Shown: one piece after another, positions 28,621-41,400 of the stretch
How positions within the stretch are numbered: position 1 is the stretch's first letter
Layout of the letters: the number at the start of each line of letters is the position of its first letter
Source of the DNA: Obrimoposthia wandeli
Taxonomy: Eukaryota
Reading direction: 5' to 3'
Assembly (NCBI GenBank): GCA_977020255.1
Contig: CDROCS010001087.1
Span: 744,001 to 808,000 of the forward strand
Length of the DNA stretch: 64,000 bases
Translations under genes and position numbers: made by a program
The notes under the pieces: generated by a model
Told to the model about the DNA's origin: nothing
What the model saw: the letters and a program-made list of their open reading frames with translations, nothing else
Database searches by the model: none

Positions 28621-29176
28621 AAGGTTCTTAAATACTGCCCGAAGTTTTATTTTGAAATAATTTAATTGAAGTGTTTTTACAATGATAATTTTCTGTCATA
28701 TTAATTTGTTTTAAATTAAAATAAATAACAATATTTAAAGTAAAATTTATCATTTCAGGGAGATTTTCTGCTTCTTGGAGAACGAGGGAAAATGAACAAT
28801 CTTTTGATGCAAAATTCAAGTAAGTACAAAGTTGACAAACGTTTTTAAGTCAGGGCCTTAATTTGCATCAGCTGAATTTAAGGGGGATAAATTTAAATGT
28901 TAAAACTACAAAACAAGATTTTCAAAACTAAAGTTATTTACTGAAGGACATCCTGGTAGTATTTAAAACATGATAAAAAAATTAAAATTTGCGACACAAA
29001 CTACATTTAAAAAAATCAGTTGAAATGAAACTTTATTAGAGATTGATATTTAAAAGGAACACGTGTACCTCATAACTACTTATATTCATAACTATATTGA
29101 TATTTTAAACTGAATAAATGTAAATTTTAATAAATACTAACTTCATTTATATTAAATATATATATCCTATGAGCTA

Positions 29177-29940
29177 TGTTTTCTATCGTAGACATAATTT
29201 AAAAGAGTCAAATACCTAAAACACAATATATAATTTATACATGTATACAAAAGATTCTATAAATATATATTGCCAGTAGAATATTTTCAATTTCTGATTA
29301 CATAATTATCCAGTTCACTAATCAAACTTGCACCTCTTCAACTATTAGATTATCCTGGGGTGGATCCCCCTTGGAAACTGAATAAGTCCAAAAATTATAT
29401 TATTCTATATGGGTATTCATACATGTCACATTTCTTGCTTCTTTTAATTGGGTCCTTTTTAACAAGCACATTTTCATTAACTTAAAAAATCCCTTCTCCA
29501 TTTCTCTTACTATTTAATTTCTCTAACTTTTCAGCTTTTATTTGTTGATTTTCCTTACGTCTTGAATGATATATTCTTTTTTATTTGTTGCACTTGGTGA
29601 TTGACATTTTATTTTTCTTCCATAAATGATCTCAAACGGGAAAAGTCTTCAAGAACTGTTTACTGTTGCATTTATAAAAAATTATATTTGTGATAATAAA
29701 TCGTGTCAGCATTTTTTTGTTTTAGTAGACGCTATTGTCGTTACAATCATATCTATTACCGTGCGTATAACTCTTTCTGCTAGACCGTTAGCTTGGTGTT
29801 GATAAAGTGATGTATCAATACAAAATATTCGTAGCCAATTCTGAAAATATTTTCCAATAAATATTCATCCTCTATCTATTAAAATGAATTTAGGTTTCCC
29901 AAATTTATATATATCCAATTATACAAACATTTAGTTTGGC
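29177..29940 (-). mobile_element. Ty3/gypsy integrase remnant with adjacent 3' LTR (29177-29302)
   Basis: FGKPKFILIDRG..HQANGLAERVIRT..INAT..PFEIIYGRK (rve core), then VNENVLVKK..YEYPYRII; 126-bp TGT...ACA segment whose ends match the LTR at 44440-44532. Confidence 0.75.
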
Positions 29941-31149
29941 TCCCTTGGCTTCATAGACTCAGTGCCATTGAGCCTACCTTTAAAATTTTTCTGTTTTATT
30001 AAAATAAATTGTCAAAACATTTTTGTGGAAAGAATTAACACTTAACAGGCATTTATTTAAACAAATTATTCAAAGTTATTCTGCTTTTTCTTTATAAATA
30101 AAGAAATGTGTACAGAGTTGAGCAATTTTAATCTCTAAAACTATACTTTTAATGTACATAAAGTTAAAGTACATTGTACATATTCACTCTAACGTTAATC
30201 CAATTCTTCAAAAGTAGCAATAAGATAATTCAGATTTATGTGATATATATGTTTGAACAGTAATTTATACCGATAGTCACATATATACTTTATAAGCTGC
30301 TTTTAGATTTAATGATTAATATGTGTGTTTTAGAACTAAAAACTTTCAAAATAAGCTAATTTACAAATGAATCTTATCAAAATGTACATAAGCGATATGT
30401 TTATAGAAAGGTCTAATAAGTAAATCCATCTACAAAGGAATAATGAAGAAAATGTTTTATCTTAGTCAGAGACTTTAAAACACAACTAAATAACAAATAT
30501 TATATTTTTATTGTATCTCATATGAGAATATTTAAATTTTAATAACCAATTTCACTACAAAATAAAAATATCTGCTTTAGTTTTCCTACAAGGAGCACAT
30601 TAATCTGCATTTAGAAGAGCAGAAAAGTGGCCTTCAGTATGTACACGCTAACACATATGTTTAAAACTTTTAAATTATTTAATGAAATGAAACAATTACA
30701 TATTTTTTTAAAATCGTTAATATGATCAAATCGTACATCAACAAAAGAACCCTGCTAACATTGTTTCACAAAATTCCTTTCATCTATTGTTAAAAATACC
30801 CACAAATAATTATCATTATCTATCTAACTTATTTAGTCTCATTTTGTCGTTTAATGCACAAACTAGTGTACAATAAAGAATAAAAAAATATTTAAGAGTG
30901 TTTCTTAATAACTGCTTATTATAGAATTACTTCCTTTTTATATTAATTTTGATTATTTATGAGAACAAAAATAATATAAAGTCTAATTTTTATATAGTTA
31001 TACAACTTTAACAGTCTTTAAAATGTGAACACCATCAAATAGGTTTAACACATTTTACAATTTATAGTTTTAATGATTCCAAATGTTTCCCTTCAGCATC
31101 CTGGACTTATTACAATTTTTCAGTCACTAAAAGATTGATACTTTCAAAT

Positions 31150-31620
31150 AATTCACTGGAAATTGTTGGAAATTTAATATAGGTTCACTAGAAAAAAATC
31201 TATTGGTGTCATGTAACCATATAACAGATAAATTCTCATTTAAAAATTAGGCATATCTGTTGAATCGTGAGCTGGTGCTCCATCTTTCATTAAGTAAATG
31301 TTTTCGTTGTTTGATAAAAGAATGAAAGAGTACAATTTATTTTTGAACATGTGAAAATATGATTCAACAGTTCAAAGAAGAATGGACACCTAAAACGTGG
31401 CACCCTAAACCATTACATCAGGAGAATTTTCTAACATAACAATATTATTATGGATATTTTCTTAACCCAAATACACATGATTACAGATCAATCTACATGT
31501 AATTTAGCATCACCATTCCAAATGATAAGCTTGGCTAAATTTTCATTGTCAGTCAATATTTCATCGAATGCTTCACAACATTTGATTTATCCATCAAAAT
31601 ATTCCTGATAGCTGACGTCT
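31150..31620 (-). mobile_element. Tc3-like transposase remnant
   Basis: IIWNGDAKLH, SPDVMV, PFFFE and YLMKDGAPAHDS motifs of the DD(34-37)E catalytic region. Confidence 0.7.
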
Positions 31621-32499
31621 TAAATGAGGTATGTAACACTTGAACTTGCATTCAGATGCATTCTTTCTAATAGTGCTGTAGGACGCATCTAGCCGAATTG
31701 ACATTTTTCTGAGGGATGGGTTTTATTAAAATTACACAAGTTACTTTCAAATCTTTGACTATTTTGACATTTTGATATATTGAAATATTTTATATTTGAA
31801 AATCAATTTGATAATCAATGACAATATAAAAATATTTAGAATGAATACTAACTTACATGTAGACAGGATCTTTATTTACATAATTAAACGCAATATCGCA
31901 AAGAAGAACATTTCTTATTAAAATTAATAAAATGAAGCAAGGCAAGAATCGTACATTTAAAAAAATTTTAGGTACGAATAAAAATAAAGTTTCCAGTAAA
32001 TTATGTTCCTTGGACGATTTAAATTGTCAAATCATTCAATCATTTCTAATTCATTGTGATTACTTTGGAGCATTAAAAATCACAACAGGAGATTGAAAGG
32101 GTTCCAGGGTAAAATGTTTCATGTTCTGAAATAATTGGAATTATCAGCTGATGAGCATAGTTAGGTAAAATATGGTCTAAATTTTATTGTTTATGTCGTT
32201 AGTAAACAGAAATAATTTGAACATTTAATATATTGGTCCAATAATAAAACAAACAAAATCAGCAGCAGTGCACAACATCTATTATGTTGCTAACGTTGTT
32301 AACTATTAAAAGTAATATTTTGAATTATGTTTGAAGAGTAAGTAACGTTCTCAATACATATCACAGTACGACACGTTAATATATACTTCAAAAAATACTC
32401 TGCAATAAAATAAATACATAAAATACAAAGTCAACAAATACATATTTTATTTAGTTAAAGATGTAACAAATCTGAAATCTTCGCTGAATTATATAAATT

Positions 32500-33200
32500 G
32501 ATGTCTTAGGCGACGCAATTTTTTTTCACCCTTTGTTAAAATGTCCCTAACATCTGTGTCTGTTTGGTGTTTATGGATGTAATTTGCAAAGATTTCAAAT
32601 TATTTGAAAGCTTCACTAAAATTGGGTCTTGTATCTGGTCACTGGAATCTGCATTATCATCATCGGCTTCTTCTGCCTTCTCATATTGCATTGGTTCAAT
32701 AAACTCATTGATTATGTTCTCCCATGTAATATCTTCTGTTACATTCTCTTCTTTGTTAAGGTTTATGTATTCTTCGAAACGTTCGTTCTCTTCTAAGATC
32801 TCATTGTCCGTAATAATCTTTCCCATTGAAATTGTATCTGATATCTGATCTTCATTTTCAATTCACCCTTCAATAAATCCAGCTTGACCAAAACAGATTC
32901 GGATTGTAAAAATATTAAAACTATTCCACGCACAACTAAAAAAATCCAGAGCAATTCTAAGTTGTAGATGTAAATCAAACTTTTCAAAATAACAAAGTAA
33001 GTAATATTGCCAGAAAGCGTTTCTTAATTTTTAATAATTTTTTATAAAATTAATTCTGAATTGTAAGAAGTCAAGTCTTTGCTTTCATCATTAAATATAT
33101 ATGTATATATTTGAATTCGATACGGATAAGCAATAATAGAAGTTTGCAATATAATACTACGCATGACATTTGTTGTACCGCACTTATCCTTCAAGTATAT
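32500..33200 (-). mobile_element. Tigger transposase C-terminal remnant
   Basis: IALDFFSCAWNSFNIFTIRICFGQAGF followed by the acidic tail FEEYINLNKEENVTEDITWENIINEF. Confidence 0.65.
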
Positions 33201-34892
33201 ATCACTGCGCTTTTTTAGGTTCTGGAGACTATCTCGTTTCTCCTATTAGGAGTACTAGATATCCACTATAGAGTTCTATATATGTTGCAGAAATACTGCA
33301 GTTCTAATTACTTTTATCTTTAAATATTATATACTTTTATTCTTTGCTTGCTGTGCCGATTAGTGTTTTTCTGTTATATGAAAGTTAAGTGATCGTTAGC
33401 AAATAAAAATTCTAGACTAAAAGGGTTTTATCTTAACTTAACAATGCAAAATTAATTAATGATTTGAGAAGTATTTCCATCAATATGTAGAAGTATATGC
33501 AGAAAAATTCACAAAATTAAAAAATGTATTTTCCATTCATATCTTCAATAAAGTTTTACCAATTAAATTATACTTTTTTCATTTTGCGTTAAATGCAAAA
33601 ACAAATTGTATCGTAAATTTTTATTTTATTAATTTTATTTTATTACTAGAAATCATTAATTGTTTATTTTTAGAGTGATTCAAAAGATTAAAACATTTAT
33701 AATAGATCGGAAAGTACATTTATTTAGATTTTTTCTATACGTTTAAAGAACCATTTTATTTTTAGAATGGTTTTTGTTGAATCAAACTTTTTCGAAATCT
33801 TGTTTTGTTAATATATTTTAATAGAAGCAAAATATTTTTTGTCTTTTAATTTTTTTTTAAAGAAATAATAGTTTGTTGAAGTGATTTGTAAACAGAAACA
33901 TATGTTGGTCTTCTAATATCCAAAAGTCTACATTTCGTTTTGGAAATTACTTTAATAACATGATTACAAAAAAAGCTAAAAACAAACAAACAAAAATGAT
34001 CATTAAAAGCAGGGTGCTGATAATTTTGTATGCTTGTAGACATTTACTATATTAGTCAAATTAATAACGGCAATGATGACGATGACTTTTAAAATAATTT
34101 ACACTTCACTATCTCAATTCCTAATCTATTTACCTTTGATACGCTCGGAGGGCCGGTTCAGTTGAAAACTAGAATTATTCTAACTATATCTCTTGAAACT
34201 TAGGCTTATATAGTTTAACCGTTTTTATAAGATAACTGAATTTTTATCTTGGTATTGCAAAGTTTAATGCACTATATAACTTTTGTTACCAAAGGTTCAA
34301 TTTTGACAAAATATGCAAAAATCAAATGTATGTCTGCTTTAAAATTTTGTTTGATTCATTAATTAACAATGTTTTATTGCATAAAAAGTCATATATAAAA
34401 TTTAATTAATTAACATATTTAATTAATAAAAATGACGTTTTTGTGAATTATTTCTTATACATAATTTGAAGAATTTTCAATAGAAGATGATATAAAGGAA
34501 TATTTTATTATTCATGTTGGTTTACTGATTATCAAAAAATTTATGGTACAAAAATTAAAATTTTTGAACTGTTGATTATTTTCGTAGATTAATAGGTTAA
34601 TTTTTTACGATTATTTTAGTTTAGAATTATTTGATCATTATACCTAATTTAGTTTTCTCATTTTTTGTTTTGTAATTAATTTCCTATTTCCTATATACTT
34701 TATCTGTCTCTAGTAAACGTGCATTGGAAATAAGAATCTAATTAGTGTATTTTGTATATTGAAATAAAATAAATAGAAAGAAAATCGATTTTCAACGAAG
34801 CATCAAATATTGAAAATTGTTTTAATGAGGAAAATAACAAAATATATACAGTGTTGGATTAGTATATTTGGAGTTCGTGATATCGTCTAGAT

Positions 34893-35148
34893 CAGCGGTT
34901 TCCAACCTGTGGGTCGCGACCCCAACTGGGGTCGCCTGACAATTTGCCTGGAGTCTATTGTTGTGTCGATAAAATTATTATGATTTAATTATTGAAAATT
35001 TGTAAATAAAAAACATTGTGCCAATAAATTTTTTGTAGTTAAAATATAACAAATTGGTGTGTTGATAAAATTATTTTATCCTTGGGGTCACCGCAACTTG
35101 GCAAATGTTATCAAGGGGTCACCGCACCAGAAAGGTTGGGAACCGCTG
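34893..35148. mobile_element. hAT (Charlie-like) MITE
   Basis: TIRs CAGCGGTTTCCAACCT / AGGTTGGGAACCGCTG; 8-bp TSD GTCTAGAT / GTATAGAT (7/8), matching the NTCTAGAN Charlie target consensus. Confidence 0.88.
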
Positions 35149-35191
35149 GTATAGATGATCTATTATTAACAAAGTTCATGTTTACCTGCAG

Positions 35192-35423
35192 GATACTCGC
35201 CAAAAATCTACGGCGAGGCGAGACTCAACAACCAAGGCGCTGAGTCCCCGTGCTACCGGACAGTAGATCCCCAGGCCGCTCAGATGGCCTCGTCAGTGTA
35301 CAACCCGGTCCTGGTTCTGGCTGCGCCACATGCAGGCGCGGACATATACGGCACAACCTCAGGAGTGCCGTCACAACATCACCATCACCACCACTCGAGA
35401 GGAGCTTCTGAGCCCGTGTACAG
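35192..35423 (+). CDS. Host gene exon (cytoplasmic tail)
   Basis: cctgcag acceptor, gtgagt donor; phase 1 to 2; (G)YSPKIYGEARLNNQGAESPCY...HHHHHHSRGASEPVY(S) with no stop. Confidence 0.8.
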
Positions 35424-35593
35424 GTGAGTGAAAATTCCTTGTACGGACACAGGTACAGGGATAGGAGAATGAAATCACCTAAAACACGAATTGTAAGATT
35501 CAAAATCATGTCAATACAGATGTGTCTATTTAAGGAATAATTACAAAATTAATAATACCTCAATTAACTCGCCTGAAGCTGCGGTTCCGACAG

Positions 35594-36018
35594 CAGATAT
35601 TCGAATCTGAGCTCGGTGGACCGCGGCTCTCTAAGTCCAGAGCCACGCTTCTTCCCGAGCTCCGTCTCCTATTATCAGCAAGCGGTAGCCCCCGGTGGGG
35701 GCTCATCCACGATGCGCCTGTGTGCAACAACCAAGCGACAGCAGCAGCAGCATCAGCAGCAGCAACAACAACAACAACAGCCGCAGCAGCATGGAGTTTC
35801 ACCTGCAGTCGGTCCCGGTCAACCGGGAGCGGTGATCGTCAACTTTCACTCGCCACGACACCACAACAACCCCGACAGCGCGGTAGCAGAAGATGTCCAT
35901 CTCAACAGCCGCACGCTACCGCGTTCTTCTTCACTGGCGCGCTTCTACGAGAAGAACAACAATGTACGGCTGGCCAGTACCAGTCATCACGCAGGCTTGT
36001 CGGCGACTCCACTCTCAG
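35594..36018 (+). CDS. Host gene exon (polyQ-containing cytoplasmic tail)
   Basis: gacag acceptor in phase 2 continues the frame: SRYSNLSSVDRGSLSPEPRFF..QQQ..RTLPRSSSL..TPLS; donor G|GTGACT at 36019. Confidence 0.8.
35739..35789 (+). repeat. CAG/CAA coding trinucleotide repeat (polyQ)
   Basis: cagcagcagcagcatcagcagcagcaacaacaacaacaacagccgcagcag, in frame with the host exon. Confidence 0.9.
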
Positions 36019-36139
36019 GTGACTATGTATCCTATTTGGTAGAAGCTGTCGAACCTGCACTTTGACAATTTCGTTTAGTTTTATGTATATTTATGCACTT
36101 GTTTTTAAAAATGTTTACCTAATAAAAGAGTTATTAAAT

Positions 36140-36324
36140 AGTAGGTGGATGTGTCCGGTCTAATCCACACCCCCCTCCCCCCCTTGTCCTTTAAAACCGT
36201 GCATGTGTGTGGAGTGAAATTTCGTGTAGGTGTGTGGAGTGAAATTTCACTCCACACACATGCACGGTTTTAAAGGACAGGGGGGGGAGGGGGGTGTGGA
36301 TTATACCGGACACATCCACCTACT
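36140..36324. mobile_element. 185-bp near-palindromic mini-Polinton
   Basis: AGTAGG...CCTACT termini as in 46067-57175; a single central palindrome; exact 6-bp TSD TTAAAT (36134-36139 / 36325-36330). Confidence 0.95.
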
Positions 36325-36339
36325 TTAAATGTATTTTAA

Positions 36340-36660
36340 ATGCGCCTTATAATATGGTGCGCTTTATGTGTGAAAAATACCTGTTCATAGAGTATGCACC
36401 TTATAACCAGGTGCGGCTTATCGTCTCGAAATACGTTATATTATTACATTACAACAAATATAGCTCTAAAATCTATTTACACACAGTACAAATGTCGGAT
36501 GTGATAAATCGTTGTTTTCGTGCGTCTTATCCGTGGGTAAATGCGGTTATTGATATATTTTAAAGCTATATTTCTTGTAATGTAATAATATACCGTATTT
36601 TCGGGACGATAAGCCGCGCCCTATATGAACAGGTATTTTTTCAATTGTAATATATTTTTA
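36340..36660. mobile_element. pogo/Tc2-like MITE fragments
   Basis: A right end CGGCTTATCGTCTCGAAATACG (~36414-36435) and a left end TACCGTATTTTCGGGACGATAAGCCGCG (36591) that are reverse complements; internal GCGCCTTATA-type repeats. Confidence 0.55.
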
Positions 36661-39530
36661 AACAGGTTCATGAATATCTTCCAAAGAGAACATGGAAGCA
36701 TTTATTTTTGTTGCCAGAAAAATTATACATTAATATTTTTATATATTGTGTTTTTTGTGTTGTATCAGATCCAATATCATCTTTCATCAATATCTCTATT
36801 ATTTTTGTTTGTAGTTTGATAGCACAATCTTAGTGCATCTTTTGAATTAAATTACGTTTTAAATAATCTAATTTTCCCTTCTTTCCCTTTTTACAGGTAG
36901 ACAATTCACCCCAGCTTTTGCATAACAGCATAATGTACACACAATTTCGTTTTCACCATCATTAATATATTTATTAAGAAATACTTCAGATTTTATCTTC
37001 TTGTTGATGGAATTTCAGTTTCAGTTTTGAATTGCAAATAATTTTTGTTGAGAACCTTAAAAAACCATTCCTTCATTTTCCTGTTAGACATGTTTGTGTA
37101 GAATGAGTTAATATTATATTATTCTAGAAGTTATATAAAACATACTCAAATCAAAATGACAAAAAATACATTTTAACTTTTCATAAATACATGAATGACA
37201 ATTAAAAATTTCCCAACAAATTATAAAATCAAACAGTCATAGAAAGGTCAAAAGTTTCAGAACAAGTTTAATCAGATTTATTATTCTATATAGTCACGTA
37301 TTTGTAATTCTATTTCAAGTTTTATATTTGATTCTAAAAAAAAGTCATTTGAACAGAAATTAAATCGTTTAACATGAGTAAAAACTCGAAATTATTCGAA
37401 ATATAAAAAAGGCAATGAGTTTTTAGTTTTTAAAAAGCATTTTGAATATTATGGCTTGTACAGTTTGAGGAAATACGATGTGAGTGTGCGGGAGATAATT
37501 GAAAGGGGTGTGACCGCTCAGCTGCGTAGCTTAAATAGAACAATGTTTAAGTATCTTCTCAACTGTACTCTACTTCAACATAAGTAGATTTATTTTCCTT
37601 TAACAATTGTTTAAAATTACATGAATGAAACCCTTAGTAACATAACATTCGAACAATATTCTTGTGCATACATTTTATAATCCCATCTATTTGTATCTCT
37701 AATAACGTCATTTTTGAAATTATTTTCAAAATACGAATAACATCTGTGATATACAATGCTAATTTTCCTTGAATTATTACGTATAGAAAAGTAAAACAAG
37801 TCCTTTTCTTATAAAAAGTTGCATATCCAATTTATGGAGTTGAATGGAGATTAAACATGTTATTATTAATTTTTGAGAAAGTCCTCTTATTTTCTGCTAA
37901 CATCGAAACAAAGTTGAAATTTACTAACATATTCTCTAATGTATCGGTTTTCAGTTATTTTGCCATCCAGTTCTCTGAATCATTCAAATAAGATACTCTG
38001 ATCACTAAAAATAGTTAGCTAGAAAAACGGTTATCCAGGCAATTTTCATTTTTGCTTTTTATCCAAACTACTATTTTGTTAATTTTTTCTTTTATTCTAA
38101 AATTAAATACATTTCTAGAGCATTTTCTTTTAAAGGGACTTCAGATTTAAAATAAATACTTCGTATTCATAATCTAAAATCATACTTATTATAAGAATAT
38201 GAAAGACTAATTATATTTTTAATAATGAGGCAATTAAAGAAAAATAATTTTAAAATTCGAAAATATGGCCAATTAAAATTTTATCGCTTAAAAAACAAAA
38301 CAGGATATGAAAAGAAGCGATTTAAAGTATAACTATAATTTGTTTTATGAAGTTATTAAATTACGCTATTAAATTTATAAAGATATTTAAAGGAAGTGAA
38401 CATTGTTTTAAATAAGGCAATCTTCATTTTAACATTCTTTTTTATAAATTAATTATTTGCTTTTAGGCCTCTTGTCACCCAGCGTAGTTCTACCGGTTAT
38501 TTGCCAGCCTGTTTTTTACCTCAAAATATTTATTATTTGTACTTTTTATTATCTGTTATTTAAAATTAATAAAAAACTTATTTGACATTTTTGATACATT
38601 TTTCTACAGCAATTTTAACTGTCACTTAATGAATTTTCACAATTATAGAAAAATTATTCATTCATCAATCTAGTACAGTATAAAATTTGTCTATTTTATA
38701 TATTTGACTTTTTCATAAAAAAGTATTATAGAAAATTACAATATTTTATTACTCCCAAGTTTATCGTAAATTTGTTAAAATCTTATTCCTATTATAGTAT
38801 TTTCTTATAATTCTTGCTAATAATGTTGTCTCTTATGAATATGAACAACGCAGTCAAAATTTTAAATAACTTAGATAAAAGGTACAGATAATATATAGCC
38901 TCGGTGGCAAATGATCGGTGACACTGGTCCGGATAACTAAGGATCTTTTCCTGAATTATTTACCCTTTATGACCAATAACAAAATAGTAGAAGTAATTTA
39001 GAACAAATATTTAAAATGAGTTTAAATTTATTATTCTATTAAAAGATTTTTTTCGATAGATTTATGAGAAATCTTTGAAGGGTATTTCTTTTTCTGTACA
39101 AAATCATTCACTAAAAGAATCGTGGTTTACTAAGCCATTTTATTTTAGTTATGTAGTCGAGTAACAAAATGTTATAATCTTTAAAATATACAGGGGTAAC
39201 GATCTGTAAATTTATATCCATAATCTTTTCTCTTATATTGGTCTGAAATCTAAAAATCTAATTAATAACTAAATGAAGTATTGAATCCATCTGATACATT
39301 TTTGAATAATTCAAATTGCTTTTAAATAAAAAATAACTAAAATTATAATTTTCAAAATATTAAATAATCTAGTTATAAAATGGAATTTCCATAATCACCG
39401 CATCTCTGATCATTTCACGATGCTTTTGTCTAACTGCCTGATTTTATTGATGGGAAAAAAATCAAACATTCGCTTACACTACTCATAATTAACTTTTATG
39501 TGAAAATCAATAACTGTGCAACATTTTCAG

Positions 39531-39700
39531 GTGGTGACTCTCCTCCAACTACAGCGGCAGCTGCTGCGGCCGGGAATTTAGAAGCCAGCTGCAAATCTGA
39601 CCTCCAGAACTTTCCTGCCGACGAGGACACCAGCGTGGTCATCAACAACAACCGGTCCAAGTACGCCTACGAGGCAATGCGAGAAGCAAGCTTCATCTAG
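39531..39700 (+). CDS. Host gene terminal coding exon
   Basis: ttttcag acceptor, phase 1; GGDSPPTTAAAAAAG..YAYEAMREASFI* ending in a class I PDZ-binding-like S-F-I. Confidence 0.8.
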
Positions 39701-41089
39701 CTCTTGAATTGATGGTCCACCTTGAATGGTCTAGAATTTACTAGAATTGTAGTAGATTACATTTCAAATACTGACTCAGAATTCAAGGTGAGCCATCAGT
39801 TCAGAGTCCCAATATCACCTCGCTTTGTACATACTCCCCAGACTTCTTTGCTGAGCTCTCTGACAAGTGATTTATTTACCTTCACTGTATTATCTCTTCT
39901 TCTTTGTCTCTTTGTTTCTAGTAAAATCAGGTTAACGTTTGTCCTAAAGATCAAACAAAATGAACAAAATGAACAAGAGAAATAAAAGTGTATTTTACTA
40001 TTTATCCGTGTTGCCTGTGTTTAATATGGTTCAGCGCAAAAACAATTTATATTTGATAAGTATGCTATACCATTAAATAAAGTACCTTAACGAAAGAAAA
40101 AGTTCTAGAAAAAATAATACTAAGTTCAGCAATTTCACTTATTTTTGAATTTTTTAAATATATCTAAATAAGGTCAAAAAGTTGCTTTTTATTTGTTATA
40201 TTTTATAAAATTTTACTTAGTTTTCATGAATCAAGTCATATCGTTTTAATTGGTTTCTTATTTTGTAAGCAAGACAATCGAATTTTACCAAAATAGATAC
40301 TTGAATTAAGCTCACGTAAAGAATATTTATATTTTACATGATAATAAATCGCTGAATAAAAATAATTTTGCTATAAAAATATGTACAGTGGAAGATGACC
40401 AATATGTATTTAAAAGTTGATTCAAAATAACTTTTACGACTTCAATTATTCCTAATAATTAACAAAAAAACTGATTGTATGCAATTATTGTATTTTGTGA
40501 ATTTCTAAGAATTGAACTTGTATGAAATTATTTTGAATCAATATTTACACCTATCAAAAAATTATAACAGGTAGTTTATATAATTGACTTTTTGCACCAT
40601 ATTGTATCTGCTGGCAATCATTAATGACTGGACTTTTAGTTATTTCAATTCACTCGCATAAATTAAAAAATGTACTAATTTCAAAAGTATGGTTCCTTAC
40701 CAAAAATCAAAAGAGATTTGTGAAAATTATTTACATTTAGAATTACAGTTTAATAATAAATAAAAATGTTCAAATAAATTCATTGACCTATTTACCGTCA
40801 ACTCCAGAAATAATTGCAGGATTCCTTTCTATTGTTGTTATGTTACTTCAATCTCATAATTTAAAATATTATAAAAAGTTAAACTAAAATAGTTTCGAAT
40901 CAATACATAAATTTGTTCCATTTTCACAACTTAAGCGTAATCTACGGTTTCAGATAATTGAGGAAAACAACAACAAAATTGATTAACATTTATTAAATAT
41001 GTACAGATTTGCTCCTCAAACAAAAATGTACAATAGTACAGTATGGTGGTAAATGTCTATGATTAGTTTTTCAATCTGCATGTATTTAT

Positions 41090-41400
41090 CGTTTGTTACT
41101 TGCACACTCTACATTTGATTCGTTTAACACCTTGAGAATCGTACGATTGTTCACTGCAGTTTTTGAGATAGACTAAGACATTAATTTGGAAGGACGACCA
41201 GGTTGTTGTGGAAGTGGAGGCTTTGTAAGATTGATCAAAATAAATGCTGTCTTCAATAACTTGCCTGAAGACAAGACAGTATATTGTCATGCCTAGCCGT
41301 ATGTTTAGTCGTCATGCATTTATTAGAGCAGTGCCACTAATATTGACAAACAAGGGTCACCATCACTTTTGTTGTCTTAAAGGTCATGTTTGGTGTATTG
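41090..41400 (-). mobile_element. piggyBac-like transposase C-terminal remnant
   Basis: RQQK-W-PLFVNISGTALINA-RL resembles KKWWWPLF..D-A..NAW; followed by FRQVIEDSI and a Cys-rich tail (RIKCRVCK). Confidence 0.55.

Noticed and set aside
29620-29940. The missing Polinton integrase
   Set aside because: Gypsy-type rve next to an LTR, 16 kb outside the element, and decayed.
35225-36022. ORFs 35225-35509 (-), 35560-35802 (-) and 35720-36022 (+)
   Set aside because: Off-frame or antisense shadows of the host exons and their CAG repeat.
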